From assembly GCF_018350175.1 (NCBI RefSeq), contig NC_058379.1:73160001-73224000 (forward strand): DNA of 64,000 bases, written 5' to 3'. This stretch comes from Felis catus. Lineage: Eukaryota. Positions 23,434 through 36,569 of the stretch are shown one piece after another; position 1 is the first letter of the stretch; each line of letters opens with the position of its first letter. The notes beneath the pieces are model-generated. The model was not told where the DNA came from. It was given only the letters and a program-made list of their open reading frames with translations, and did not search any database. Position numbers and translations under genes: made by a program.

Positions 23434-24388
23434 TTTTGTCTAGGAATAATACTCTAATAAAACTTTCTGATTTAACATTCAGAGGATAGAAATGGTGAAA
23501 GATATGCATTGTCCTATTTTTAAAGAAAATACAGTGCACTACAATCTCATTATAAGGCAATGATATTCCAGTTCATAAATCCCATATAACAATTTCTTTC
23601 TGCTCTGAATATCTGGAATAGTTTGCTTCTTTTGAGCAATGGTTTGCTCATACATTCTGGGCATTATCAATCTGAATTGTACATTTTCTTTTCACTATTT
23701 GCTGCTAAAAACTAACTTGTGGAGTAGTCCTGGAGTAAAAGAGGTTAAGAAATGAAGCTCGTGTCCTCTCTTTACCCCTGGCTCTGTTTTACCACTTTAT
23801 GCTTTACCCTTTGCTTGATATTTGCCATTTGCTTCTCACCGAGCTTGTGTGTGTGTGTGTGCGCGCGCGCATGTGGCCACCTTAAATCTTTACCTGAAAC
23901 AAGATGAAGCAGAAATGAATAAATCTCTAAACTAAGCCTAAGAGAGTAAACAGAATCAAGATAAGCAAACTGACCTTTGAAAGCACAAGTCAGCTTAAAG
24001 CAGCATGGTTACAATTTGTTTTAAAGAAGACACTGGTTTGCAGACAAACCAATGCAAAAAGCAATCACAAAAGGTATCACTGAATGAAAGGGGTTCTTTA
24101 CAGCAGAAAGGCAGAACCCCAAAATGCAAAAGACACTGCAGTAACACTGTGTAGAGAATACAACTGATGTGTCCTTCAGACATGACCGTGATGATACTTC
24201 CAGCTTTTTTCAAGCATGTATTTGTTTTAAATGTCCTATATCACCTTCCATTAGTTTCATAAGAGTTATTAAAAAAAAAAAAAAGTGTAACTTTCTGATT
24301 GATTCGTCGTCACTTAACCAGATGTGCCACAGAAACTAGGAGGCAGTATAAAGTTTATCAAATAGGAGTTATATTCTAACTGCCTTAC

Positions 24389-24566
24389 CTAATGTCTTCA
24401 TCTGTGACAATGAAAGCCTTGCAGAGGGGTTGAGATGTGTTCAGCCAAACAGCGGGGTTCTTTTCCACAGCAGGGGAGACCTGCCCTGTGATTGGCGCAG
24501 AGCTTGTGTGCAAAGCGCTGGCAACAGCAGATAAAAGAGTCTCGTCATTACTACCTGGACCAACTC
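24389..24566 (-). CDS. MBD2: MBD2 exon 5 (178 nt)
   Basis: gcag|GA GTT GGT CCA ... GAC ATT AG|gtaagg. Translates to GVGPGSNDETLLSAVASALHTSSAPITGQVSPAVEKNPAVWLNTSQPLCKAFIVTDEDIR; phases fit exons 4 and 6. Confidence 0.97.
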
Positions 24567-25774
24567 CTGCGATCAGAAATACAAACTGGTTAAAGGGACT
24601 TCCAGATGTGCTAAGCAAATCTTACATAACCTAAAACAACTGACATTTTTTATGCTTGTTTGGGATCATATATTTAAAAGGATGATATCGTATCTACTGA
24701 ACAGTTATCATATACCAGAGAATTAACATTCCAAAAAAAAAAAAAGTAACAAAATGGTTGAGCATTTTAATAAAACTTTAACACAACTTCAAAATACATT
24801 CTCCAAGGTACTAAACTGTTTAAAGTTGGCTACGTTTCTTCAAGCAGGGTCAATTATTTTAATGAGCTAAATCCCTTCTAAAGTCACATCATATTTGAGT
24901 TTCCCTATTAATGCATCCCTCGAGTCCTACAATAGTTACTCCTGCAGGTTTCAATATTAATTTCTGGCAATATCTCAACACTTTTCTTTTGTTTGGGACT
25001 TAAAGCCAATGCAAGCATGCTGTACCTGCAGCTCTCACATCCTTTTCAAATACCTAACAAAATATCCAAGTTAACCAATTAATAATAACCAATAGTAACC
25101 AACTAATATTAACCAATTAATAATTGCATACCGTGACTACCTACACTACCTACACCATGACTGGCACCAGGACCGCATTTAAATGCACTGCTTGAAGTCC
25201 TAAACTTATGAAACCAGTGAAAGCAATAATTTCCAAGAAAAGAGAGGGACGCGATAATGTTCTAGCCATGAATTATGACAATTTTTGAGCAACCCACACT
25301 AGATCAACATTTGGAAGCTGAAGTTCTAATACTTGAAAAATAACGCTCCTCTGGAATGCAATTAACATGGGATATGACAGGCACACTAGTTAACTGATTT
25401 CTATACCCTGCAGACCCCACTTGCTGATGTTACTGGGCCAAAGTGCCTCAGTTCCCACTGCTACATGCAGCAGCAGTCTGTGCAGGGAGAGACAGAAGAG
25501 TTATTAGCTGTTCTTCTGATAAGAGGAAGAGTGAAAGAGCAAGCATTGAAGCCAGATGCTGCTTTGAACAGGAAGCTTGAGAAATTCTGCCACTCGGCTG
25601 CATTTGGTTCTAAAAGCAGCACATGGGTCGATTTATACGGTGAACCTAACCTAAAGCCAAAATTCTTACACAGAAAAAAATCGGAAACATCCCTGCAACA
25701 CTGTACAAGCTCTTCAAGTACATTCTCCCTGGGTTTACACCAACACAAGAGGGACATCATCCAGAAAGGCACAC

Positions 25775-25868
25775 AATCCCCCAAAGTAAAGACCCTGTCT
25801 CAATCATTTCTGACTCCCACAGCATCTAATACAGAGCCTGGCACATAGTAGGTACTGCTCAACTGAAT
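25775..25868 (+). mobile_element. L2 3' end abutting the exon 4 donor
   Basis: cccacagcatctaatacagagcctggcacatagtaggtact ... tgaat. Confidence 0.65.
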
Positions 25869-25879
25869 TTGGATAATAC

Positions 25880-25970
25880 CTTGAAGACCTTTAGGTAGTT
25901 CCATGGTTTTTATAATTTGTTCTGTTACATCTGATGCACTAAGTCCTTGTAGCCTCTTCTCCCAGAAAAG
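25880..25970 (-). CDS. MBD2: MBD2 exon 4 (91 nt)
   Basis: ttacag|CTT TTC TGG GAG AAG AGG CTA ... CTT CAA G|gtatta. Translates to LFWEKRLQGLSASDVTEQIIKTMELPKGLQ; contains the RL pair used to recruit the NuRD HDAC core. Missed by the ORF track because it is short. Confidence 0.97.
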
Positions 25971-28423
25971 CTGTAAGGCAAAACATCACTGTTAATAGAC
26001 ATTCTTGGACCAAGAAAGTAGCGCATCGATGCTGCTGAATGATGAAACTGAAATCATTTCAAGAGTTTCCTAATTTCCCCACTTTTGTCCTTACATATAC
26101 TAAATGATACTCCAAATATGAATTATTTCAACATGTCATAATTCTTTAAAATGATATTAATCAAAATTTTCTTATTTATGCAATCTATTCACTTGTTACA
26201 GTATTATAGATTTTTATATGCTATATATTATATATAGTACTTCATAAGGTAACTTCCAAAGAATGTAACTTGAATTATTAAAGATTTCATTTGGTATGAA
26301 AATTTAATGTTATAATTTATCAGGGAAAGAAAACAAATTATATTATAAATACCCCTTTATTCAATATCATTAGGGAAAGAGCTCCTCCACCTGTGTGATT
26401 CTTCCCCAAAACTGAAGTTTAGTATTTAAGGGGTCAAGAGCCAGTTTTTATGAAAACTTTTCTAAAATGTTTTGTATACTTCCTTGCTTTTTGAGCAGGG
26501 TGTCACGTTCATTGGTGACTTTCTCCCTGTTGCAGAGAGCCCAGATCACCTGAGTCACTTAGTGGCCCCATGCCATCATTCTGGACATGAGTCAGCACAC
26601 TGAAGGCTCCTCATACTCTATGGGGCCACTGAGGTATGCAATTGCTTATTCAAACACTAAATGGTCCAAGACAGTTCTGCTGTTTGGTTTTCATATCCTT
26701 TCCGTACTTCATTTTCTCTCCTAGTTAGCTATTACTTCTCAATAATGTCATTCATTTGTTCAACATGTATTTACTGAGCTCCAACTACGTGCTGCCCCGT
26801 GGATGCGTCAGTAGATGAGATACACTGGGTCTCTGTCCTCAAGACTTATCTCTTTTCTAGTCTGTTTCTTATTCACTGTAGCCAAAACAAAACAAAACCA
26901 AAAACAAAACAAAACAAAAAACAGATAAAGGAATTCCTTAGTCTGTATATTTGTCTTTAATCCCAGATACCTGGGGCTTGTCAAAAGTAGGTACTGAAAA
27001 AACACTGGTACTAAGAAAAATATTGAATGACTGAATATGGGAATAAAGGACTCAGAATGAGGATCCTGAGGGGCACACAAACCCAAGTTGAAACCCCAGT
27101 TCTAGATGTCTAAACCTTCAACTGCCTCTTCTGTAAAATGTGACAGTAATGAGAACCATGTAAGATTAATGTGGGGATTAAATAGGGCAATGTATGTAAA
27201 GTACCTGTCATGGGGAGTCGGCACAAGGTTTATCATATTTACTTTTAGCAAATTTTGACCACTCTGAGGGCTTATATTCTGACTTCTAGATATATGAGAA
27301 GTATCAGGTAACTGCCCTCCAGACAAATGCAAGATACAATAAAAATCTCTTTATGGCAGAAGAGTTACACGCTGGATCTCTAATAACCTCACTGCTAGCA
27401 CCAAGAGTAACCTGCAATAGAATGCTTCACTCTCCTCTGAAGACGGCTGGTATATGGTAACAACTCCTTACATCTCCCTATAAATTATGTCATCAGCAGA
27501 ATATGTGGTCAACGTATATGAGGACACGAATGCATTAATTATCATGGGTGAAAAATAGTTAGGTGAAGGTAATAATTGATAAATGTGATAAATGTCCCAA
27601 AAAAACCCCACCTGCTATTCTCTTTTTGTGGGAAATAATATTATCTATGCATTGATTATCACAACTATGGGAAGAAAAAAAAAAACAAGGAAAACAAAAG
27701 CCAGTCAATTCCTAATGAAAAAGGAAAAGTATTCAGAGGAATCAGTGAGTATGATATTAGCAAGCACCTTTAAAATAAAATAACTTAATTTGCAAAATAA
27801 ATCAACACTACCAAAAAACAAAGTATAGATATTATGTACAGATATGATTACTAATATTTTACATACTAACATTTTACATAAAATTCCATTGCTAGATATC
27901 AAAAGTTCAATTTTTTTACATTCTATAATTTTTAATTCTTAATTTTTAAATTCCTATTAACTGAAAGGAAAACGATAGAACATTTAGAAAGGAAAGTCTT
28001 GCAAAATAAACCTTGGACTGAGAAACGAAGTGTATGGATCTGGATTACAAGTCCTGGTATCACCACATGCCATCTCACAGCCCTCAACTAAGTCTGAAGT
28101 TGAATATGATATGCACCGATGACCTCTGTATAAATGAAATGCTTATGCCATGAAAATGGAGGCACATGGATTTACGTAGGTGGATGTGTGTAGGTGACTG
28201 TGTATTTCTGCCCCCACTCGCGCTCCCCAGAGGAGGTGGGGGATATGGGAGAAGGAAAAAAAGGCTGGTTTGATAAAACAAAACATACACTGGGTGTAGG
28301 TCACCACTGCCCTGCGCTCCATCCTCTCCACCACTCATTCAACACTATCAGCTCACCTAATTTTTGAGAGAACTGAAACAGTCTTCATGAGATAAATGTC
28401 TGTTTACAAATCCGTATGTTCCT

Positions 28424-28623
28424 GGGGCGCCTAGGTGGCTCAATCGGTTGAGCAACCGACTTCGGCTCAGGTCATGATATCACAGTTTGTGGGTTCGAGC
28501 CCCGCATCAGGCTCTGTGGTGACAGCTCAGAGCCTGGAGCCTGCTTCTGATTCTGTGTCTCCCTCTCTCTATGCCCCTCCCCCACTCATGCTCTGTCTCT
28601 CTCTGTCTCAGAAATAAAAAAAC
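28424..28623 (+). mobile_element. SINEC_Fc
   Basis: 20-bp TSD ttacaaatc(cg/tt)tatgttcct. Confidence 0.95.
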
Positions 28624-30299
28624 TTACAAATCTTTATGTTCCTAACTCATGTTCCCTACATTAATTTTCTCAGGCCCCTACCCGTTTTGTTTGTTTGTTT
28701 TAGGGTTGGGAACTTCTTTACATTTGAAAATATTTCTTAAAATGACATAGGCATCATGCTAAGTGAAAGAAGCTAGTCATTTACATGCTGTGTGATTCAA
28801 TTTATAGGACATTCTGAGGAAAAAAAAAACCTATAGGGAGGTTGCCAGGGATTAGGGGTGGAGGGAGGGTCTGACTACAAAGGGTCAGCACAAGGGAATT
28901 TTTTGGGGACTGGAATTGTACCCTTTGTTTTTATCCAGCTGCTAGAATTACCATTTTCTTTACTTTTCAAGCCAGTTCCTCAAGGAATGACTGATACGTA
29001 CTACCTCCATCCCCCACTTCCACTTGACTACCCCCTTCCCATTCCCCATGAATTTTCACCAAATTTACTCTTGGAGGCAGTCAGCTCCTGTCACCAAATT
29101 CAACGACCTCTTCTCTTTCTCTCTGGTCATCTTATAACCCTGCATATGCTGTGGAGAGGTACAGCGAACGGAGAAATCTTCCTCTGCCTAACTTTAAAAT
29201 TTTCTGATCTGCTCATTTATGAATTCTATGTTTTCATTAGGTGACAAATTGTGGCCATCTGGAGTTCTTATTACTTCTCCAGCTATTAGAAGGCTAAAGG
29301 CAAAAACACTGAAATGATGAGTCTCCTTAAATGTGTAAGGAGTCTCCCTCTGTGACAGCGATCCCGTCTCTTCCACCACACCTTCATAAGCACTATTGCT
29401 TTCATGAATCCTAACCTACCCACTGAAAATCTGATTTCACCTGCCAAATCAATGATATTCTCAGTGTAACCTTGTTGCCTGAGGCCAAATAATCAATGTA
29501 ATACTTTTAAGGAGCAGTGATTTAATATTTGGAGAAACTCCCAAAACGTGCTATCACCCTCAGTTATTATATCCCTTTCTAAGTCCCCACTACTTAGACC
29601 CTCCAGGTGCCTCTAACACCTTTTCTTTATCACCCTCCAGCATGTAAGAAAACTGGAGAGAGCCCATGTGTGCATGATGTCATATGGCCAACAGTCTGGG
29701 CAATGCCTGATCCAGTAGACTAGCCAATGGAGAAGCGAGGCTGGGGATTAAAAGTCATCTAAAACCACAAAAGTGTCTAAAATGTCAGCGACAGGGGCAG
29801 TGCAGCTTTGGAGGAACTCCCTCCCCGGAAAATGGAGTTCACGTCCACAGCTTTGTTCCTCACATGAAGATGCATGTAATTCTATCTTGGAGTCCCAGGG
29901 GACAAACAGGATCGTGTTATGAAAGCTGTTTCTTTAGTGAGATGATCAAATCTGTTTTCTGAAAGTAAACCAACCCAGAATACAACTGCAGCATTTTCTT
30001 CTCTTAACTGCTGTGGATTTAACTGGGACTTTGGGAAATTTGTTCAACTGGCCTTACAGAGGATATCCAAAAGAGAGGATGAAGAAGAAACTGGGATAGC
30101 AAAGCAGCTCCCCACAACCACACACAAACACACCATCCCTATTCTGATGCAGTAGGAACTCAGGCTAGTCATGTTTATTAGTACTGTCCTCTATCACCCT
30201 GAACTTGATCATGTGTACCATGAAGGAATCCGTGCTCTTCTGGGGAAGTCAGAACAACACGGTTTACCGGAAAAAAGTAATTAGAGGATCTCTCCAGAT

Positions 30300-30520
30300 T
30301 CAACAAATATTCTTTTAGTGCCCATTATACACAAAGTATTTTGTCAGGTACTGAGGATAGTTATTAGGATAACTGGTAATCACTGCCCTCCAGGAGCTTA
30401 CTGCTTGTTGGGAAATGAGCAAAACTCTACAAGATAGACTGTGATACCCGCAACAAAGAAGATACGAAATGAACTTCAATTTGGGAGAATCCAGGAAGGC
30501 TTTTAGAAAGAGGTAGCTCT

Positions 30521-30551
<31 letters not shown>

Positions 30552-30640
30552 TGTATAAGAATTCTACACAGGAGGAAAGACTACTCCAAACAAGGAAATC
30601 ACTTAAGCAAAGGCAAGGAGGTGAGACAGGGAGTATAGGT
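30300..30640 (-). mobile_element. L2 3' fragment
   Basis: ttcaacaaatattc ... ctgccctccaggagctta ... ccaggaaggcttttagaaagagg. Confidence 0.65.
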
Positions 30641-30644
30641 CACT

Positions 30645-30920
30645 ATTTCTAAATGTTCTTATACAGAAGAATAACCAGAGTGGCTTGTTTTAAATCTATA
30701 TTCCAAGGTCTCAGCCCTAAAGATTCTGTTCAGTAGGTCTGGGGNNNNNNNNNNNNNNNNNNNNNNNNNNNNNNNNNNNNNNNNNNNNNNNNNNNNNNNN
30801 NNNNNNNNNNNNNNNNNNNNNNNNNNNNNNNNNNNNNNNNNNNNNNNNNNNNNNNNNNNNNNNNNNNNNNNNNNNNTGATTTTGATGCAGGTCCAGGGAT
30901 CTCAGTTTGAGAAAAGCTGG
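30645..30920 (+). mobile_element. MER5-type DNA transposon spanning an N gap
   Basis: agattctgttcagtaggtctgggg ... tgattttgatgcag ... agtttgagaaaagctg. Confidence 0.7.
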
Positions 30921-32747
30921 TTTGGTCTGTGGTGAAAGAATGGTGGTACACACATAACGCTGGTGTATACTGACCACCAAGATCTCCGAGTTTTATTCCT
31001 GATTATACCAGAAAGTAAAAAATATATTATTCTATTCTGTTCTTGCAGAGGACTGGAGGAAGATATTTGCCTTCCTCTTTTTCATTGTAGGAAGACATGT
31101 GTCAACGTATATTTAAGAGTATACCAAATTGTTCAGGTGTAAATAGGGAAAGGGCTGACCTAAAGTTCTTTTGGTGCCCAGTCATATTCTCTTGGTGGAA
31201 TAAGAGGAGGAGAAAGAGGACAACTACCACTTATCCACCAAGCCCTTTCCACAGGCCTGGCACTGCGCTCAGTGCTTTATGTGCAGAAATCCTATGAATC
31301 TTTCCTATAGCATTTTGAAGAAGACATTATTAGTCCCATGTACAGTCACTTACCAAAGGTTATGTAACTAGTCAGTGGTGCAGTTGGAATTGAAACTCAA
31401 GTCAGGGTGATTAAACAGCCCTGATCTTAACAATAAAAGCTCTGGAAGAGCATTTCCATATTTGGCTCTGTGTTAGATCATAAGGTAACAGGCCTCAGAC
31501 CCTTCCATTCATGAAATCAAAGGCTGACAAAAGTTTAATACATATGAAGAGACGTATCAAGTTGCTTAGTTCATCTGCCTGTTAAGTCATACTGGGTAAG
31601 TCGTCAATTGCAGGCAATCTGTGCTGATGCCTGCCCCCTCCTCATGCAGAATTAAGAGGCCCACACTTGTACTAGATTTAGATTAAAGCCAGCATAGAAT
31701 TTTAAGAAGATATCAAATCATAATTCAGTGTAGCTTATATGATAAAAACCAAAGAATTGATATAATATATATTCTCTGAAAATGAGCTTTCTTAGAATTA
31801 ATTGCAAGTATCAACCCCATTGAATATCAAATTTTTATTTGGTAAATAGAAATTAAAGTCTGAGAACCGCTACTCCAAGAAAACATTTTCAGGTAAATCC
31901 CACTAACAATAGAGTGGTAACAGGTATTTCATAAAACAAGAGAGAGGGTGTGATTTACTATAAGCATACATAACAGAAGGCTTTTGAATTTTTTCTATAA
32001 GAACACTGTTTTAGGTTCATTATATTAATATCTATTTCTCATGAAACATTGAAAAGCATGTAGATCAAATATACCACTATTATTTTCATCCACCATTGTA
32101 TTTAATTTGAAAAACACTGATGTGTCTGTGTCGTGTTCATAAAAAATTCACTGACAAAAAGAAATTGACCTTCTATTTATACTCATAACATCAACCTGAC
32201 AACTTGACAGGCAAGTCAGAGGGCAGAAGATTTAACTTCTGAGTAGCAGAGTGAATGTCAGTGGGCTTGTGTTCAAACCCTTGCTTTGTCATTTACTAGC
32301 TTTCCAAAGTTAAACCACTCAACCTGTCTCAGTATCAGTTTCCAACTCTATGGAAAAGGACAATAAAAAACAATCTCAAAGGGTTATAGAAACTAAATGA
32401 GGAGGTTTCACAAACACCTGAACGTGCTAGTACAGAGCAAGTATCATTTTCCCACATTTTTCCCACAAGTCTTTCAGCACACTGATCATACATACAGTGG
32501 CATTCAATAAGCAGTTGGTCATCTTATTACAATTAGCAAACATAATCAGATCAGAAATTAATCAACTCTGAAAGGTGAGTATTCATACATGAACACTGAG
32601 CACATGCACATGAATCTGCCCTTCCCTCCCAGATTTTCAGCTGGGCTTTTCTTGCTACAAAAATCTTACAACTCCTCCTTTTCCTCTTCTCATCCAAGCC
32701 AGACTGCCTCTCACTTAGACCAAAGCTGGTTGGGAGAGCTCTGGTGA

Positions 32748-32870
32748 GCAGGACCAGCCACATTATTTGCAGGACCCAGCACAAAATGAAACTCTGAGGT
32801 CCCTTGTTCAAAAAGTATTAAGAATTTCACGATAGCAACGAGGCTAAACCCATGCAGTACAAAAGAGCCT
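32748..32870 (+). mobile_element. MER91-like hAT fragment
   Basis: cacattatttgcaggacccagcacaaaatgaaa ... cccttgttcaaaaagtattaagaatttc. Confidence 0.65.
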
Positions 32871-33346
32871 TCCCTTAACCCCTTGTTAAAATAACCCAAG
32901 GATCTTTCATCCCTCCTGCCACTCCTCATTTGGAGGACCGTGAAAGGATCACTGCCAAGGCTCCTCCCAGTTGAGCAGTAGGAGTGAAGAAGGAGGGAAG
33001 CCCAGGCAGTGAAGAAACCACATCGGGGAAGAACGGACAGAGCCTCGAGAAGGATCACAATTTTGTTCTATTTAAAGTCCAGCAAATAACATGGGTAGCT
33101 TTTAATTAAGATTTCCTGAAACTGTAATTTTCTTGTTATTTTTACTCCATCTATTTCCATGTTGTGATGATACTAAAGCCCTTAGAAAAACCTCAAAAGG
33201 TCTCTGAGCTTATTTCAAGAATAGAAGGTAGGAGAGAATCAGGGAACCCAGACTACATTTCTGTCCTGCCATTAAGCAAGAAGAGAAAGGGCGGGGGGGG
33301 GGGGGGGGGGGGCGGGGGGGACTTGAAGCAGGAACAATGGTTTAAA

Positions 33347-33577
33347 GTAGTGTCTCAGTCTTGGCCGTATTAACATTTTGGGTTGGATAATTCTTTGTTG
33401 TGGATGTTCAACAGCATCCCTGGCCTATATCTGCTATATACCAGCAGCACCACCCCAGCTGTGACAACCAAAGGTGTCTCTACACATTGCCAAATTTCCC
33501 TGAGTACGGGGAGGTGGGGAGGTGGGGGGGGGGGGAGGGGAGACGGTACAAAACCGGATCTGGTTGAGAACCTCTAG
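33347..33577 (-). mobile_element. MER20
   Basis: acattttgggttggataattctttgttg ... cagcatccctggcct ... gtgacaaccaaa ... cattgccaaat ... ggttgagaacctct. Confidence 0.8.
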
Positions 33578-35293
33578 TCCAGACAAAGACAAGGAGGGCA
33601 GGGTGGGAGGCTTACAATGCGAGGGGCCCAAACCTCCTCGCTGCACAGAAAGAAGAGCCCTCCAGTGGCATATGCTATGACTGCAGTCAGCTCCTTTCTC
33701 AACTTCCAAGAGTCTCCCAGCTTCTCACTCCTGGACCTTGTAAGAACCACCCTACATGGCCTAGAGCTTGGTGCTTCTTTCGTCACTGCCAGATGAGGGT
33801 GTGAGTAAGATAAAGCAGAAGTGGGAGAAACCTTTCTTAAGAGATGAAATTTAAGGCTCTTCAAGATAGAAACATGGTTATAAACAGTGATTATTTTTAA
33901 TAATTCAGACACACCTAAGATTAAATGGTCTTTATAGGCTGGTCTGGGATGTTAGAACCATTTAGAATATATGATTTCTGCTGGACGATGTTAGAGTTCC
34001 AAACAACCAAAACATGACACTTTACATCCCAACTCATAAGTTAGATGGAGTCTGTCCATACAGATTTTAGAAGGAGTTCTCTGCTATTACCAAAGGACGA
34101 GAGACCATATGCATGTGCAACTCTGCCACTGACTACAGAGAAAGGTACATCTCTGTTCACAATGATTTTAGGTATTCAATAGGTACCTACTTGATTAGGT
34201 ACTTGAATACCTAATCAAGAAAGGTTGATCTTGACCATGTTAATTTCCATAAGATCTTTATGGGTAGCTATAGGTAGGGCCTGGGCAATTCTAAACTAAT
34301 AGCCATCTCCCCACAATGAGCCACACAAAAACTTGTAACTGATTTTAGCCCTCACATACTGTTTCAAAATGCATCCTCCCTTAACTTTTGAAATTATATC
34401 TCCACTAAAAAAATAAACAAATTGATTATATAGAAACACACTGAAATTTCAATAATGAAACTAAGCAAAGTTCAACTAAAACTCCCATATATCTGAACTC
34501 CTATTTCTCATTGTGTATTTTAAACATATACCACAAGCTGAACGTTAGTTCCCATGCCGAGAAGCTGTAACAGACTCTGTGCCAAGCTTAAGGGCCCTTC
34601 CACAGTAGATCCCCTCTGGGCCATTTACCTTCCTTGACTTTTCTCCTGTCTCAGAGGAATAAGCACCCTGCTACCTTTCTAAGATTATCCCTACACAGGG
34701 CTCTTGGTCTTACCTTCTGCCTTCTCCTGACCTTGCCCCATGAATTTGCCCAACTTCTCCTCCCACATTTCCCATTTTCCCTCTTCCTCTCCTTGGGCTT
34801 CTTCTGAAGAGACAGATACACTCCAACACTGATAACCTAAAAATGTCCTTGTGCACACTTCTCCCTCAGACCAGCTCCAACTTCCTCTTTCTACTAGGAG
34901 GGAAACTTTCCCTCTGATTTCTCCACCTTCCATCCATTCTCTTCCTTCTAGACTCTTCTCCTATTTTTATGTTAACACTGACCTGCCCAAGGTCAGTAGC
35001 CTTGTAATTACCAAATCCAATTCCTAATTCAAGCCTCTTTTACCCTGCTTCACTGTTGAATCACTTGCTGCAGAAGACTTACGAAACTGCCTTTTATGAT
35101 GGTTCTCTTTACATTTCTGTATTTTCTATTACTATTAAGCAACAAATTAAAATTTCTAATGGTAATAGTCAAAGAAATAAGACTATGACTTATAAGACTA
35201 TGACATAAGACTATGACTGTTTTTTCCTAACAAAAACAAATCTTTAAAGTACATAAATGTGATAGATACACCTTGTAAAGTGTCTGAGGACAA

Positions 35294-35438
35294 GTGGCAC
35301 CTAGGTGGCTCGGTCTGTTAAGTCTCTGACTTCGGCTCAGGGCATGATCTCATGGTTTGTGAGTTTGCATCTGAGAGCCTGGATCCTTCTTCGGATTCTG
35401 TGTCTCCCTCTCTCTCCGCCCCTCTCCCATTTGCGCTG

Positions 35439-35489
<51 letters not shown>

Positions 35490-35519
35490 AGTAAATAAAC
35501 ATTAAAAATAAATAAATAA
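35294..35519 (+). mobile_element. CanSINE with internal deletion and long (CT)n
   Basis: Head, (CT)n at about 35440-35486 and tail; degenerate TSD taaa(g/a)tgtc(t/c)gaggac. Confidence 0.9.
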
Positions 35520-36569
35520 GTAAAATGTCCGAGGACCAAAGTGCTAATATTTTGTAAAATAGAAGAACCAAAAAAATGACCTTCAACATCTCACCATTTT
35601 AAAGAGTGTTAATCTGCAGAATCTTTCTATCAAGAGCATGATGTTAGACACAGAGTTGGCACTCAAATGTTTTAGGGATGAATTTGTGGCTAAGTAGGAG
35701 TACATGGTAACAGAAACACTGGTTTGAGAGTTGAATGTTTTAGTCCTGACTCAACTATTAAACAGATGTGCTGTCTTAGGCAAGTCACTTAACCTCTTTG
35801 GATGTATTTTCGCTAGTAAAATAGAATTACCAGTAACAGTCTTAACCATCTCAGAAGGTCATCAAAACAATGATGATACATGAGTAAATTCTTTGAAAAT
35901 ATAAAATATTTATTGAATTTTTCATTTTCTAATGTTAGGATTTCATAAATTCAATGAATATTTGATTCACTTTTCTAAGGCTTTTGCTAACTCTAATCAA
36001 AGAACAAAGGACCTTGTCATGTATTTGTAGACTAAAGCAAAACCCAGAAAATGTGCACTTTATATTCACTGACTCATGAAAAGCTAAATATGCAAGACAC
36101 TGGGTTAGGGCTATACAGAGGAATGATGTTTCCTGCCCAGAAGGAATTCACTGGCCAGTTTATAAAGTGCTCTATTTCAAATCAACCCCATATGATATCT
36201 GAGTTGTCTAGTTCTGGTCAGCAAAAACAACTTAACTTAAATACTATGGCCTGCAAACATCAAAAGCCAAATCCAAGCTACCTTCTTATTTTGTGAGAGT
36301 GGCCCAGGAAGAAAGGGTAAGACCATGACCAGAAAATTACTATGTAAATCAAGGAAAAGCTCAATTCGTGTGGCTGTGTAAAAGATAACAATTTGGGCTC
36401 AAGAGGCTGGAAAAACGAAGCAAATAGCAAAACTCAGAGTTGAGGGGGATGCAGGTGTGGTACATCTGCTGTAGCCACTTGTCCAAATTTTGTCAGGAGT
36501 GCTATTGAACTTACACAAGGTGGGCATGTAATGCTTGTCAAAATATTATGAAGTCTTAGACTACCAAAT

